Shown here: positions 17,710 through 26,369 of the stretch, piece after piece
Numbering within the stretch: position 1 is the stretch's first letter
Layout of the letters: every line of letters begins with the position of its first letter
Origin: Minisyncoccota bacterium
GTDB lineage: Bacteria; Patescibacteriota; Minisyncoccia; Phycocordibacterales; JAQTLZ01
Assembly: GCA_028714635.1 (NCBI GenBank)
Contig: JAQTLZ010000002.1
Span: forward strand, 121,841 to 185,840
Reading direction: 5' to 3'
DNA: 64,000 nucleotides
Position numbers and translations under genes: made by a program
Notes under the pieces: generated by a model
The model's database searches: none
What the model saw: only the letters and a program-made list of their open reading frames with translations
Told to the model about the DNA's origin: nothing

Positions 17710-18132
17710 ATGGCAAAGAAAGTAACAAAAAAATTGAAGCTTGTGATCGCCGGGGGAAAGGCAAACCCAGCTCCACCAATTGGCCCTGCGCTTGGTCAGG
17801 CTGGTATTAACATTGGGGAGTTCGTCACCAAGTTCAACGCTGCAACCAAGGATATGATCGGAGACCTCGTTCCCGTACAGGTTTTTGTATACGAAGACCG
17901 AACATTCTCTTTTGTCACCAAGACTCCTCCCGCATCGAGCCTTATCATGAAGGCGATCAAGATCGACAAAGGTTCAGGCAAGCCAAACACCTCAAAAGTA
18001 GGAAAGATCAGCCGAGCGCAGATCAAAGCAATTGCAGAAAAGAAACTTCCTGATTTGAATGCGAATGATTTGGCTGGGGCTATGAAGATTATTGAGGGAA
18101 GCGCCCGCTCAATGGGGGTTGATGTGATCTAA
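17710..18132 (+). CDS. rplK: 50S ribosomal protein L11
   Basis: Canonical L11: [21 protein letters not shown]. Confidence 0.95.
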   Translation: MAKKVTKKLKLVIAGGKANPAPPIGPALGQAGINIGEFVTKFNAATKDMIGDLVPVQVFVYEDRTFSFVTKTPPASSLIMKAIKIDKGSGKPNTSKVGKISRAQIKAIAEKKLPDLNANDLAGAMKIIEGSARSMGVDVI

Positions 18133-18185
18133 ATCACATCAACCGACCTTTTGAGACAGAATTCCGCGTATGCGCGGAAATTATG

Positions 18186-18213
18186 TCCAAAAGGTGTACT
18201 GCTCCTGTAAGGA
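18186..18213 (+). repeat. Conserved 25-nt motif AAAGGTGTAC(T/A)GCTCCTGTAAGGAG, copy 1
   Basis: 24/25 nt identical to 45005-45032. Contains the small hairpin CTCCT-GTA-AGGAG. Confidence 0.5.
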
Positions 18214-18243
18214 GTTGATGTGATTGGATAAATAATGATAAAA

Positions 18244-18277
18244 AGCCCCGCGCCGTAAGGAGCGGGGCTTTTCTTTT
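18244..18277 (+). terminator. Intrinsic terminator after the rplK region
   Basis: GCCCCGC-(10 nt)-GCGGGGC then TTTTCTTTTT. Confidence 0.85.
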
Positions 18278-18297
18278 TCCTGTGATATAGTATTTTC

Positions 18298-20943
18298 ATG
18301 GAAAATTTTACTCCTAAAAATCCAGCCGAACTCGAACTTCAGCTCCAGAAGGCCAGCCAAACTCTTGGAGAATCTATTGCCGTTCCTTCTAAAATAGCAG
18401 ATACGCTTGGTATTTCTTTAGAAGACCTTAAGGTCAAGTTTCCTCGACGATACGAGGCGTATCTCAAGCTTATCCGAGCTGAGAAAAACAACCAGGAAAT
18501 TCCGCAAGAAGATCTCGAACATTTTCAAAAATGGATTCGAGCACTTAACAATCTTGATCGTTATATAGAATCACAAAAGACCGAAATCGGCAGAACCCTT
18601 CGTGAAAAACAAGTAGGCGTTTTCGAGGATATGAGGGATTTCGTGGAAGAGGGTGGCCAGGCTGGTTACGTTAAATTACCTACGGGATTTGGTAAGACTG
18701 TCATTTTCTCTCAATTCGTAGAGGCTCTTGGCTTACGTACACTTATCGCAGTCCCCAAGAAGAATCTTGTCCACCAAACAGCAAAAAGCCTTGAACGGTT
18801 CACTGATCTTGATGTTGGAAAACTGTATCAATATGCCAAAGAGCACGATAAGCCAGTGACGGTTAGTACATACCAATCGATGATAAAGGAAACTGAAGAT
18901 GGAGGATTAAAGCCGGAAGAGTACGACTGCCTTATCTTGGACGAAGCGCATAAAGCACTTGGGCCAAAAAGTGTTCACACCATTGAAAAGTTTGATCATG
19001 CGCTCCGGCTCGGATTCACAGCCACTCCGCAATATTCTGAAACAAAAGGAGTGCAAGATCTTTTGGAAACAGAAATCCACAGCATCTCGATCAAAGAGGC
19101 TGTGGACGATGGGGCGCTTTCCTCCTTTTCGGTCATTTTAGCAAGAACTAAAGTAGACCTTTCGAAAGTAAAGGTGAAATCTGACGGAGAATATGATGAA
19201 AAAGATTTGGAAAAAGCCATAAACGTAGCTTCCCGCAATATGGCTGCAATCAATCTTTATAAAAAGATGTTTAATGGAAAACACGCAATGGCCTATTGCG
19301 CTGGTGTCGAACATGCCCGGGAAGTTGCACGACTTTTCAACGAAGCTGGCATCAAAAGCGTAGCGGTCGCAGGTGAAGACCATCTTTCGGAAGAAGAAAT
19401 GTTGGATATCTTTGAAAAATTCCGTTCAGGAGAGATCAAAGTGATTACCAATGCTGATATTTTTGTCGAAGGATTCGATGAGCCGAAAGCTTCTGTGTGT
19501 CTCAATTTGCGCCCAACCGCATCACCGGTCGTGGCAGAACAGCGGGGCGGTAGAGTTTTGAGACTAGATCCTTCCGATGAGAATAAGCACGCGTTTATCG
19601 TTGACTTTGTTGATGAGGATGAGAAGGCAGATTCCATAAATATTTCTTTTGCAGAAGTTGCGGAAGCTTCTGAATTTCCTCCGAGGACAAACTCGCGTCT
19701 CGGAGAGGTCACTCCAGATCAAACTGAATCAGTTTCTCGCGAGAAAAGCGATATTGTCATCGAAGGGCTGGAGCTTGTAACTGATCCGAATGAAGTTATG
19801 AGGCTCGTACAGAACAAGGCGTCCAGAAAAAAAGGAACAAATGCCGAGCTAGAAGCTCAGGAAATACCGAAATGCCCGGAAGGATGGCTTGCCGTTTTGT
19901 ATTTTTCTGATGACCAACATAAAAAATATGGTTTAAAAAGATATATGGAACGTTCCATAATTTCTAGGGTAGAGCGCAAAAACGCGCATCTCTTCGGTCA
20001 ATTTAGAAGCGAGCGAAAAACGCAAGATACAGAGTGGTTTTTGTCGCCTGAAGCGCAGGCTCTTATTGAAAAGGATATGGCTTATCATGCGGGGTGGGAC
20101 TTGAAAGAGAGAGGATATACTTCTGGGCTTGAGCTCAGTAAAAGATTCGCTCTTTTTAGAGAAAAATTTCGACATTTGGAAGATGAAATATCAGAGGCGG
20201 ATCCGCAAGCGATAATTACCCGTACCTATCAGAGATTTTATTCTGCGGATGCAATAAAAGAAATTGAGGCTGTTTATGGCAAGTTTGCTCCAGAGGGATG
20301 GATTTATCGGGCGGATATCTTCCGTAAATATTTTGGCGGTAGTAAAACTGGGGGTGACGCAGGGAACAAGTTGGTGGAAAAGTTGAAGAAAGAGATGCCT
20401 GATGAAGTCGATGTGTTTGTGAATAGGCCAACTGGCCATAGTTTAGAGTTCTATTCGCCTCGTTTTGTTGAAGAGTTTGGGAAGAGAGATATAACCAGTG
20501 TCTACAAAAGCAAAGAAGAAAAAGCAAAGCGCATCGAGGATAAGAAGCGGGAAGGTCCTCCTTCGGGGTGGTTTCCTGTGAAAGATATTGTTATTTTGTG
20601 TCGAATTAAGGAACCTTTCCTCAGGCGCAAATTGAATGATATGGAGTTTTTGCACGATAATGAAATTAAAAATCTCGCTTTCGGCTTTAAGACGAACATA
20701 CTCTGTGCCACGGCAAAAATAATTCGCCAAATTATCCTGGATGATTGTAAACGTATCAAAACGGGAGAGCCGCCAGCTGGCTGGCAATCAACAGATGAGA
20801 TTTTACAGGCAAGAAGCTTAGAACTGCAAGATTTCTACTATAAACTTCTTTCTTTGCTGCCGACTCCAGAGACTATGAAGAGATATACAAAGAAAGGTGT
20901 CACTGACTACTATTTCAGTCCTGATTTTTTGGCAAAGTTATAA
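18298..20943 (+). CDS. SF2 DEAD/DEAH-box-type helicase with long C-terminal extension containing repeated PxGW modules
   Basis: Motif I GFGKTVIF, motif II LILDEAHKA, motif III GFTATP, motif VI QRGGRVLRL. C-terminal ~450 aa has four spaced P(E/S/A)GW motifs. Confidence 0.9.
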   Translation: MENFTPKNPAELELQLQKASQTLGESIAVPSKIADTLGISLEDLKVKFPRRYEAYLKLIRAEKNNQEIPQEDLEHFQKWIRALNNLDRYIESQKTEIGRTLREKQVGVFEDMRDFVEEGGQAGYVKLPTGFGKTVIFSQFVEALGLRTLIAVPKKNLVHQTAKSLERFTDLDVGKLYQYAKEHDKPVTVSTYQSMIKETEDGGLKPEEYDCLILDEAHKALGPKSVHTIEKFDHALRLGFTATPQYSETKGVQDLLETEIHSISIKEAVDDGALSSFSVILARTKVDLSKVKVKSDGEYDEKDLEKAINVASRNMAAINLYKKMFNGKHAMAYCAGVEHAREVARLFNEAGIKSVAVAGEDHLSEEEMLDIFEKFRSGEIKVITNADIFVEGFDEPKASVCLNLRPTASPVVAEQRGGRVLRLDPSDENKHAFIVDFVDEDEKADSINISFAEVAEASEFPPRTNSRLGEVTPDQTESVSREKSDIVIEGLELVTDPNEVMRLVQNKASRKKGTNAELEAQEIPKCPEGWLAVLYFSDDQHKKYGLKRYMERSIISRVERKNAHLFGQFRSERKTQDTEWFLSPEAQALIEKDMAYHAGWDLKERGYTSGLELSKRFALFREKFRHLEDEISEADPQAIITRTYQRFYSADAIKEIEAVYGKFAPEGWIYRADIFRKYFGGSKTGGDAGNKLVEKLKKEMPDEVDVFVNRPTGHSLEFYSPRFVEEFGKRDITSVYKSKEEKAKRIEDKKREGPPSGWFPVKDIVILCRIKEPFLRRKLNDMEFLHDNEIKNLAFGFKTNILCATAKIIRQIILDDCKRIKTGEPPAGWQSTDEILQARSLELQDFYYKLLSLLPTPETMKRYTKKGVTDYYFSPDFLAKL

Positions 20944-21024
20944 TTCTCGTCTTCGTCTATACTTATATAGACCAAGAATTTATCGTATATGTTAAACTAA
21001 TTCCATTATCATCTCTTTATTTTT

Positions 21025-22878
21025 ATGAACAAAAAAGGATTTTTGCCGGTTCTCATTGGAATAATTATCGCACTTCTTTTAGTCGGCGGGGGAATATTCT
21101 ATTTTGTTAAAAAACAGCAAACGGTATCTTCCTCTGTTGATGCTGTTTCTACTGCTGATTGGAAAACATATGGAAACGAGAAAGACGGTTTTGAATTTCA
21201 GTATCCCCCAAAATTTAAAATTGACCCAAATGCTTCCGAAGTATTTTTCGACATAACAGGAGAAGATAATCAGGTATTTTTTAGTGCTTCTGCTGACCCG
21301 ATCGTGGATGCACATGGAGTACCTTTGACTTTCGAAAAGTGGCTCAAATATTATGGCTTTGACGAGGGGTACAAAAGAGAAAACAGAACAATCAACGGGA
21401 ATTCATGGCTACGTTTAGAAGGTTCGGGTCGCGGTAGGACTTTTTATATTCTCGTGAAAGGAAATATGATGTACAGCTTTATTATGGGCTATGGAGCTCA
21501 GAATCGGCCGGACTTGCTTTTGTTGCAGGATAAAATTGTTACCACTTTCAAATTTACCTCTAATTCCATCTCCACTTCCGATTGGAAAACATACAGAAAC
21601 ATAAAAGAAAGATTTCAAATGCAGTATCCTCCCAGTTGGAAGGTGGTTGAAAATGTTTCTGCTCCATATCTTGTAAAATTTGTTGATCCTCTTCGTGAAG
21701 CAAAGCCGGGTACCGATCAGTCGGAAGATATGGTCTTAGTAGGTACGGGCACAATAAAACCCGCTGACTGGGAGAAAGGCTCCGGTTCGGTTTTCTGGAA
21801 GCAGGATTATGTAACGGGGGAACGCTACGTAAGAATGTCAGCCTTTGATGAAACTTCAGAAAAAATTGAAGAAAAAATTCAGTCTAGTTTTAGATTTTTA
21901 GAAGAAAAGGCGGGATGGTCTAGCTATCGAAGTACAACAGATCAATTTGATATATCTTATCCCGGCCTCTCGGCTCTGAATTTTTGGAAATTAAAGCAAG
22001 AACCCATAGAAGTTTATACCAATAAGTTACTTTTCGATTCAAGAGGGTGTCTTATAAGTAATCAAAAAAATCCTCTTGAATATATTGGAAGCCCTCTTCT
22101 TGGTGGTATTCAATTTTGTCTTAATCAAAGCATTGATCGTTCGATGGGAAATGTTTCTCTCGATTATTACTACACTACATTTAAATTCGGGAAATTTTAT
22201 GTAATTCACCTCAAGTCTGAAGGTCTTTGCACAGCCGATTCTTCAAAATCCTCTGATATTTGCAGTCTTGATAACCCCTCTGTCCAGTCGCGCATAAGGC
22301 AAGATGGGGATGAAGTTGCACTGTCTTTCAAATTTTTGGAGCCAGATCAATCAAAAGCTGATTGGGATACGTCCCCGGCAGATTGGTTGGTTTATAAGCA
22401 CCCGATTTATGGGTATTCTCTCAAATATCCTAGGAGTTTCTCGAACCATGATAGAGGAGAATCAGGAGAGAATTTAATTCCGCCCAATGATTATTTTGAG
22501 GGAACCACATTTCATGGCGGAGCCAGTTTTATAACCGGTATAAATGATGTTGATGAAAAAAACTGTTCAATGATACCTTATCGTTCCACTCAAGAGCTGG
22601 CCCGTGTTGTGAAGGATGGGCAAGTCTATTATAAAATTCAAACGAGCACTATCATGGCGGGAGATCCAAGGGACAGAGATCTCACTATTCAATACAGCGC
22701 GTTTAAGAATAGGGTATGCTATCAACTTACATTGAGCATGTATATCGTGAATCCTTCATCTGTTTATTCCAATCCTGAAGAAATTCTCAATGCCCAAAAA
22801 CAGAATATTATAGTGGAAGAGAAGTTGAAAAAACTATTTGATGTGATTGCTCAGACTTTTGTTGTACCGGCTAATTAG
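21025..22878 (+). CDS. Membrane-anchored extracytoplasmic protein with ~4 internal repeats
   Basis: N-terminal TM, then repeated modules each opening with a DW(K/D)TY...F(E/Q)(F/M)QYPP.(F/W)K-like signature. Confidence 0.85.
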   Translation: MNKKGFLPVLIGIIIALLLVGGGIFYFVKKQQTVSSSVDAVSTADWKTYGNEKDGFEFQYPPKFKIDPNASEVFFDITGEDNQVFFSASADPIVDAHGVPLTFEKWLKYYGFDEGYKRENRTINGNSWLRLEGSGRGRTFYILVKGNMMYSFIMGYGAQNRPDLLLLQDKIVTTFKFTSNSISTSDWKTYRNIKERFQMQYPPSWKVVENVSAPYLVKFVDPLREAKPGTDQSEDMVLVGTGTIKPADWEKGSGSVFWKQDYVTGERYVRMSAFDETSEKIEEKIQSSFRFLEEKAGWSSYRSTTDQFDISYPGLSALNFWKLKQEPIEVYTNKLLFDSRGCLISNQKNPLEYIGSPLLGGIQFCLNQSIDRSMGNVSLDYYYTTFKFGKFYVIHLKSEGLCTADSSKSSDICSLDNPSVQSRIRQDGDEVALSFKFLEPDQSKADWDTSPADWLVYKHPIYGYSLKYPRSFSNHDRGESGENLIPPNDYFEGTTFHGGASFITGINDVDEKNCSMIPYRSTQELARVVKDGQVYYKIQTSTIMAGDPRDRDLTIQYSAFKNRVCYQLTLSMYIVNPSSVYSNPEEILNAQKQNIIVEEKLKKLFDVIAQTFVVPAN

Positions 22879-22976
22879 AGTCTCTCCAGTGTTACCCTAT
22901 ATCTATCAACAGAAAATACTATCATATATGATAGTATTTTAGGAAAGGGAAAGGTCTACGTATAAGTGCTTTTTGA

Positions 22977-23882
22977 TTACATAGTGAAACCAGATGCAAT
23001 CATCTCACTAAGTTTCTTGCGCAGTATCTCATAACCATCGGGGATTTTTCTTCCTTGTTTTGTCTCCAGCATATGTTTTATGGGTCTTATAAGACCTGGG
23101 AATTTCGATCTTCTCAAGAGATCTTTGTCCTTTTGACCACTATAGAATGAGAAAGTCTGCTCTGCGAAAAGATTTCCATAATCCCACAAGCCAGCAAAAT
23201 CTGCTGCCGGATCTGCGATGTCGATATCTGAAAAATCAATAATGCCGGTTAAGGCTCCTGTGGTTTGGTCAAAAAGTATATGTTTGTTGTTTAAATCATA
23301 ATGAATTATTTTTGGTTCAAAGTCGAAAGACAGACCGAGATATTCATTGAACTGGTGTTCAACCCAGTCAACCTCTTTGTTTGTCAATTCAGGAAAAACT
23401 TTCTCTCGTAACTCTTTTAAAATTGATTCGATATTTCGCTTTCCCCACCAGTGCCCTTTCGGATCAGCCTTGAAACCGCAGTTTCTCAATATCTCCGTCG
23501 GCGTCGAATGTAAATCCGAAATAAATTTTCCTAATGCTTTGGCGATATCAGTTTTTTGAATTTCACTTTGTGAATTGAAAAGTTCAGGTTGCATTTCAGT
23601 ACCAGTCAGCATTTGATATCCACCAAAGCTCCTGTCTTTAGAAAGATAGATATATTTGGGAATGGGTAGCGTTACTTTTGTGAGTAGGTGTTCTAGGAAT
23701 TTTACCTCCACTTGAAAACGTCGAATATAATTCTCCGATTTAGGAAAACGGAAAATGAGCCTATCGTCCAAGACGATCACATTGTTATCCCATCCATGAG
23801 TGATCAATCTGGAATTTTGAAACGAAACTTCGGGGAATTCCTTTTTTATAAGCTCCAGATATTCTTCTTTTGTTCTTTCCAT
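22977..23882 (-). CDS. APH/choline-kinase-family phosphotransferase
   Basis: HYDLNNKHILFD (HxDxxxxN catalytic loop), GIIDFSD (DFxD). ATG (MERTKEEY) 2 nt downstream of the folA stop; the ORF track's upstream ATG 23906 lies inside folA. Confidence 0.85.
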   Translation of the reverse strand: MERTKEEYLELIKKEFPEVSFQNSRLITHGWDNNVIVLDDRLIFRFPKSENYIRRFQVEVKFLEHLLTKVTLPIPKYIYLSKDRSFGGYQMLTGTEMQPELFNSQSEIQKTDIAKALGKFISDLHSTPTEILRNCGFKADPKGHWWGKRNIESILKELREKVFPELTNKEVDWVEHQFNEYLGLSFDFEPKIIHYDLNNKHILFDQTTGALTGIIDFSDIDIADPAADFAGLWDYGNLFAEQTFSFYSGQKDKDLLRRSKFPGLIRPIKHMLETKQGRKIPDGYEILRKKLSEMIASGFTM

Positions 23883-23884
23883 AA

Positions 23885-24376
23885 CTATTTTTCCAAAGTG
23901 ACCCAAGAATATTTCAAATCGCCAAACATTTTTTCTTCTCGGAAAGTTTCTTTCTTGAATTCGTTTTCGTATTCTGGGAAAAATGTGTCGGCTGGGATTT
24001 CAGAGTGAATGATTGTGAGGTAGAGCCTGTCTGCGAAGGGGAGTGCTTGTTTGTAAATTTCTCCTCCACCGATGACGAAGATTTCGGCCGCGCCTCCTTC
24101 AGAGGCGCGGCCTTTTTCGAGCGCCTCTTCGATCGTATTTGTCACAATGCACCCTTCCGCTTTGAAATCTTTATTTCTGGTGACGATGATATTTGCACGG
24201 CCGGGGAGCGCCCGTCCTATGGACTCATACGTTTTTCGTCCCATGATAATGGGATGCCCCATCGTAAGCGCTTTAAACCGCTTCAAATCCTCTGGAATCC
24301 GCCACAGAAGCTTATTTTCCGTGCCGAGGCCACGGGTTTTCTCGCTTATTCCAGCTATCATGTTTACTTTTGACAT
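23885..24376 (-). CDS. folA: Dihydrofolate reductase
   Basis: MIAGISEKTRGLGTENKLLWRIPEDLKRFKALTMGHPIIMGRKTYESIG...IFVIGGGEIY: canonical DHFR. Confidence 0.95.
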   Translation of the reverse strand: MSKVNMIAGISEKTRGLGTENKLLWRIPEDLKRFKALTMGHPIIMGRKTYESIGRALPGRANIIVTRNKDFKAEGCIVTNTIEEALEKGRASEGGAAEIFVIGGGEIYKQALPFADRLYLTIIHSEIPADTFFPEYENEFKKETFREEKMFGDLKYSWVTLEK

Positions 24377-24446
24377 AGTAGGGTAATTTCTTTTCTTATT
24401 ATTTTCAAACTGTAAACCTCTTACGAAATACTATATACTATTATCT

Positions 24447-25040
24447 ATGTCAGAAGCTAATATAAAAAAGATCTTAAGCAATACTGCTGATCTGAAAACT
24501 CGTTTTATCGGTGATTACAAGGAATTAAAGAAAATCGTCGACACATTTAAAAAAATCGGTTATCGAATTGTTTTGACTCAAGGCGTGTATGACCTTATCC
24601 ACGAAGGCCACGCAGCTTATCTTGAAAAAGCTCGCTCTTACGGAGATCTTTTGATTGTCGGCGTTGATTCTGATGAACTCACGAAGCAGAGAAAGGGGCC
24701 GAATCGCCCTATAGTTCCGCAACAAGAAAGAATGAAGATGCTTGTTCATTTACGGCACGTTGATATTGTGACGATACGCGAAGCGCATCACAAGATCGGC
24801 GATCTTATCCGTCTCGTGAAGCCTGATGTGCTCATTGTTTCGAAAAGCACCAGCGATTTTACGAACAAAATGGTCAACGAATATACGCCGTATTGCAAAA
24901 AAATTGTCTCTCTTATGCCGCAGGCAACCACTTCGACATCAGCTCGCGTTAGAAATCTTACTCTCGAAGGAGCAGAGAAACTGGCCGGAGAGATCTCCAA
25001 ACTCACTGAAAATTTCATATTTAAGATCAGGCAAGCGTAA
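24447..25040 (+). CDS. Cytidylyl/adenylyltransferase-like nucleotidyltransferase (HxGH class)
   Basis: LTQGVYDLIHEGH (HxGH) and a Rossmann-like fold pattern. Stop overlaps the next ATG (TAATG). Confidence 0.8.
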   Translation: MSEANIKKILSNTADLKTRFIGDYKELKKIVDTFKKIGYRIVLTQGVYDLIHEGHAAYLEKARSYGDLLIVGVDSDELTKQRKGPNRPIVPQQERMKMLVHLRHVDIVTIREAHHKIGDLIRLVKPDVLIVSKSTSDFTNKMVNEYTPYCKKIVSLMPQATTSTSARVRNLTLEGAEKLAGEISKLTENFIFKIRQA

Positions 25041-25903
25041 TGAAAAAGGTTCTCGTCGCTTTTGTTCCGGTTATCCATCTCGGGTATCTCGATTTTTTCA
25101 AGAAGCATAACTGTCCGCTCTATGTCATTGGGTCGGAATTTTATGCTGAATTTCCAAAGTTGGAACGAGATGTCCGCGCTCTTTCTCCGGAAATAATTTC
25201 TACGGCACTTAAAGCGATAAAAATTCCGAGAGAAGTAGTTCTTCTTACCAAAAAGGATCTTGGAGATTTGAAAAAAGTTTCAATTGTCATGCCGGATGAT
25301 GAGCTCTCGAGGGAATTTGCAGAAAAGTATCTGAAGGGCACGAAAATTGATTTCGAATCAATCTTTTTGCGCTGGAATAAAATTATTACTACGTCGGAAT
25401 TTACAGTGCCTCCCAATCGAACTATTTCCTACGAAACTTTCGATAGAGAAATGTTTCCAAAGGTAAGAAAGGAAGCAAAAAAAAGTTCTGATTGGTGGAG
25501 GCAAAACGGCGCCATCCTTCTTCGAGACGGGAAAATCCTTGTGGAGAGCCATAATCGTCATCTTCCAACGGATTTAAGCATGGATGTTTTCGGCGATCCG
25601 CGGAGCAATTTTGATGCAGGGGAGAAGCTTACGAAAAAAATCGGAGGAATGGAGATAACTCCGAATGATCTCTCCACCGTCATCCATGCAGAAGCATCTG
25701 TTATTGGGATTGCAGCGAAAAAAGGGATTCCTCTCGAAGGGACATCGCTTTATTGCACCACTTTTCCTTGCCCCACTTGCGCGAAATTAGTTGCCGAAGC
25801 CGGAATTAAAAAAGTTTTCTATGAAAAAGGGTATTCAATTCTCGATGCCGAAAGAATTCTCCAGGCTTTCGGGATTGAAATAATTTTAGTAAAAGAAAAG
25901 TAA
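25040..25903 (+). CDS. dCMP/cytidine deaminase fused to an N-terminal degenerate nucleotidyltransferase-like domain
   Basis: C-terminal zinc-dependent deaminase motifs VIHAEASVI (HAE) and TFPCPTCAKLV (PCxxC). N-terminal ~140 aa with VAFVPVIHLGYL resembling a decayed HxGH motif. Confidence 0.85.
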   Translation: MKKVLVAFVPVIHLGYLDFFKKHNCPLYVIGSEFYAEFPKLERDVRALSPEIISTALKAIKIPREVVLLTKKDLGDLKKVSIVMPDDELSREFAEKYLKGTKIDFESIFLRWNKIITTSEFTVPPNRTISYETFDREMFPKVRKEAKKSSDWWRQNGAILLRDGKILVESHNRHLPTDLSMDVFGDPRSNFDAGEKLTKKIGGMEITPNDLSTVIHAEASVIGIAAKKGIPLEGTSLYCTTFPCPTCAKLVAEAGIKKVFYEKGYSILDAERILQAFGIEIILVKEK

Positions 25904-25905
25904 TC

Positions 25906-26358
25906 TCACTCCTTCTCTTCCCATTTGAACCCAAATTGTTTTTCCGCTTTCAGGTCGGGAGAAATAAGATGAGCGTGCAGATGTTGCACCGATGCTCCCG
26001 TGTATCTCGTGTCCCCGAATCTCATATGAAGTATGCCGCCGGGGGTTTTCTTTTTCTGTATAAAATCTTTCATCATACTGCGCAGTTCCTCCCACGCTTC
26101 TTTGGACATTTCTGTTATATCCGAGATATGTTTTCTATGGATAAAAAGGAGGTGAACTTTGGTATTTTTGTACGGATACATATTATCAGTGGCAATCCAG
26201 TAGGCGCCTTTTTGATGTATCGGCCTCTCGTGATGTTTATGGAGTTCTTCTTCGCAAAAAGGGCACACTTTTTGCTTAGCGATCTTTTTGATCACCTCCT
26301 CGTATACTCCACGCTTTGAGTTCGCGATATTTACGAAAGATTTTTTCGTTTTTGCCAT
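25906..26358 (-). CDS. HIT-family nucleotide hydrolase
   Basis: Histidine triad HLHAHLI near the C-terminus; CPFC zinc-ribbon-like motif. Confidence 0.9.
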   Translation of the reverse strand: MAKTKKSFVNIANSKRGVYEEVIKKIAKQKVCPFCEEELHKHHERPIHQKGAYWIATDNMYPYKNTKVHLLFIHRKHISDITEMSKEAWEELRSMMKDFIQKKKTPGGILHMRFGDTRYTGASVQHLHAHLISPDLKAEKQFGFKWEEKE

Positions 26359-26369
26359 ACAGATGATTT

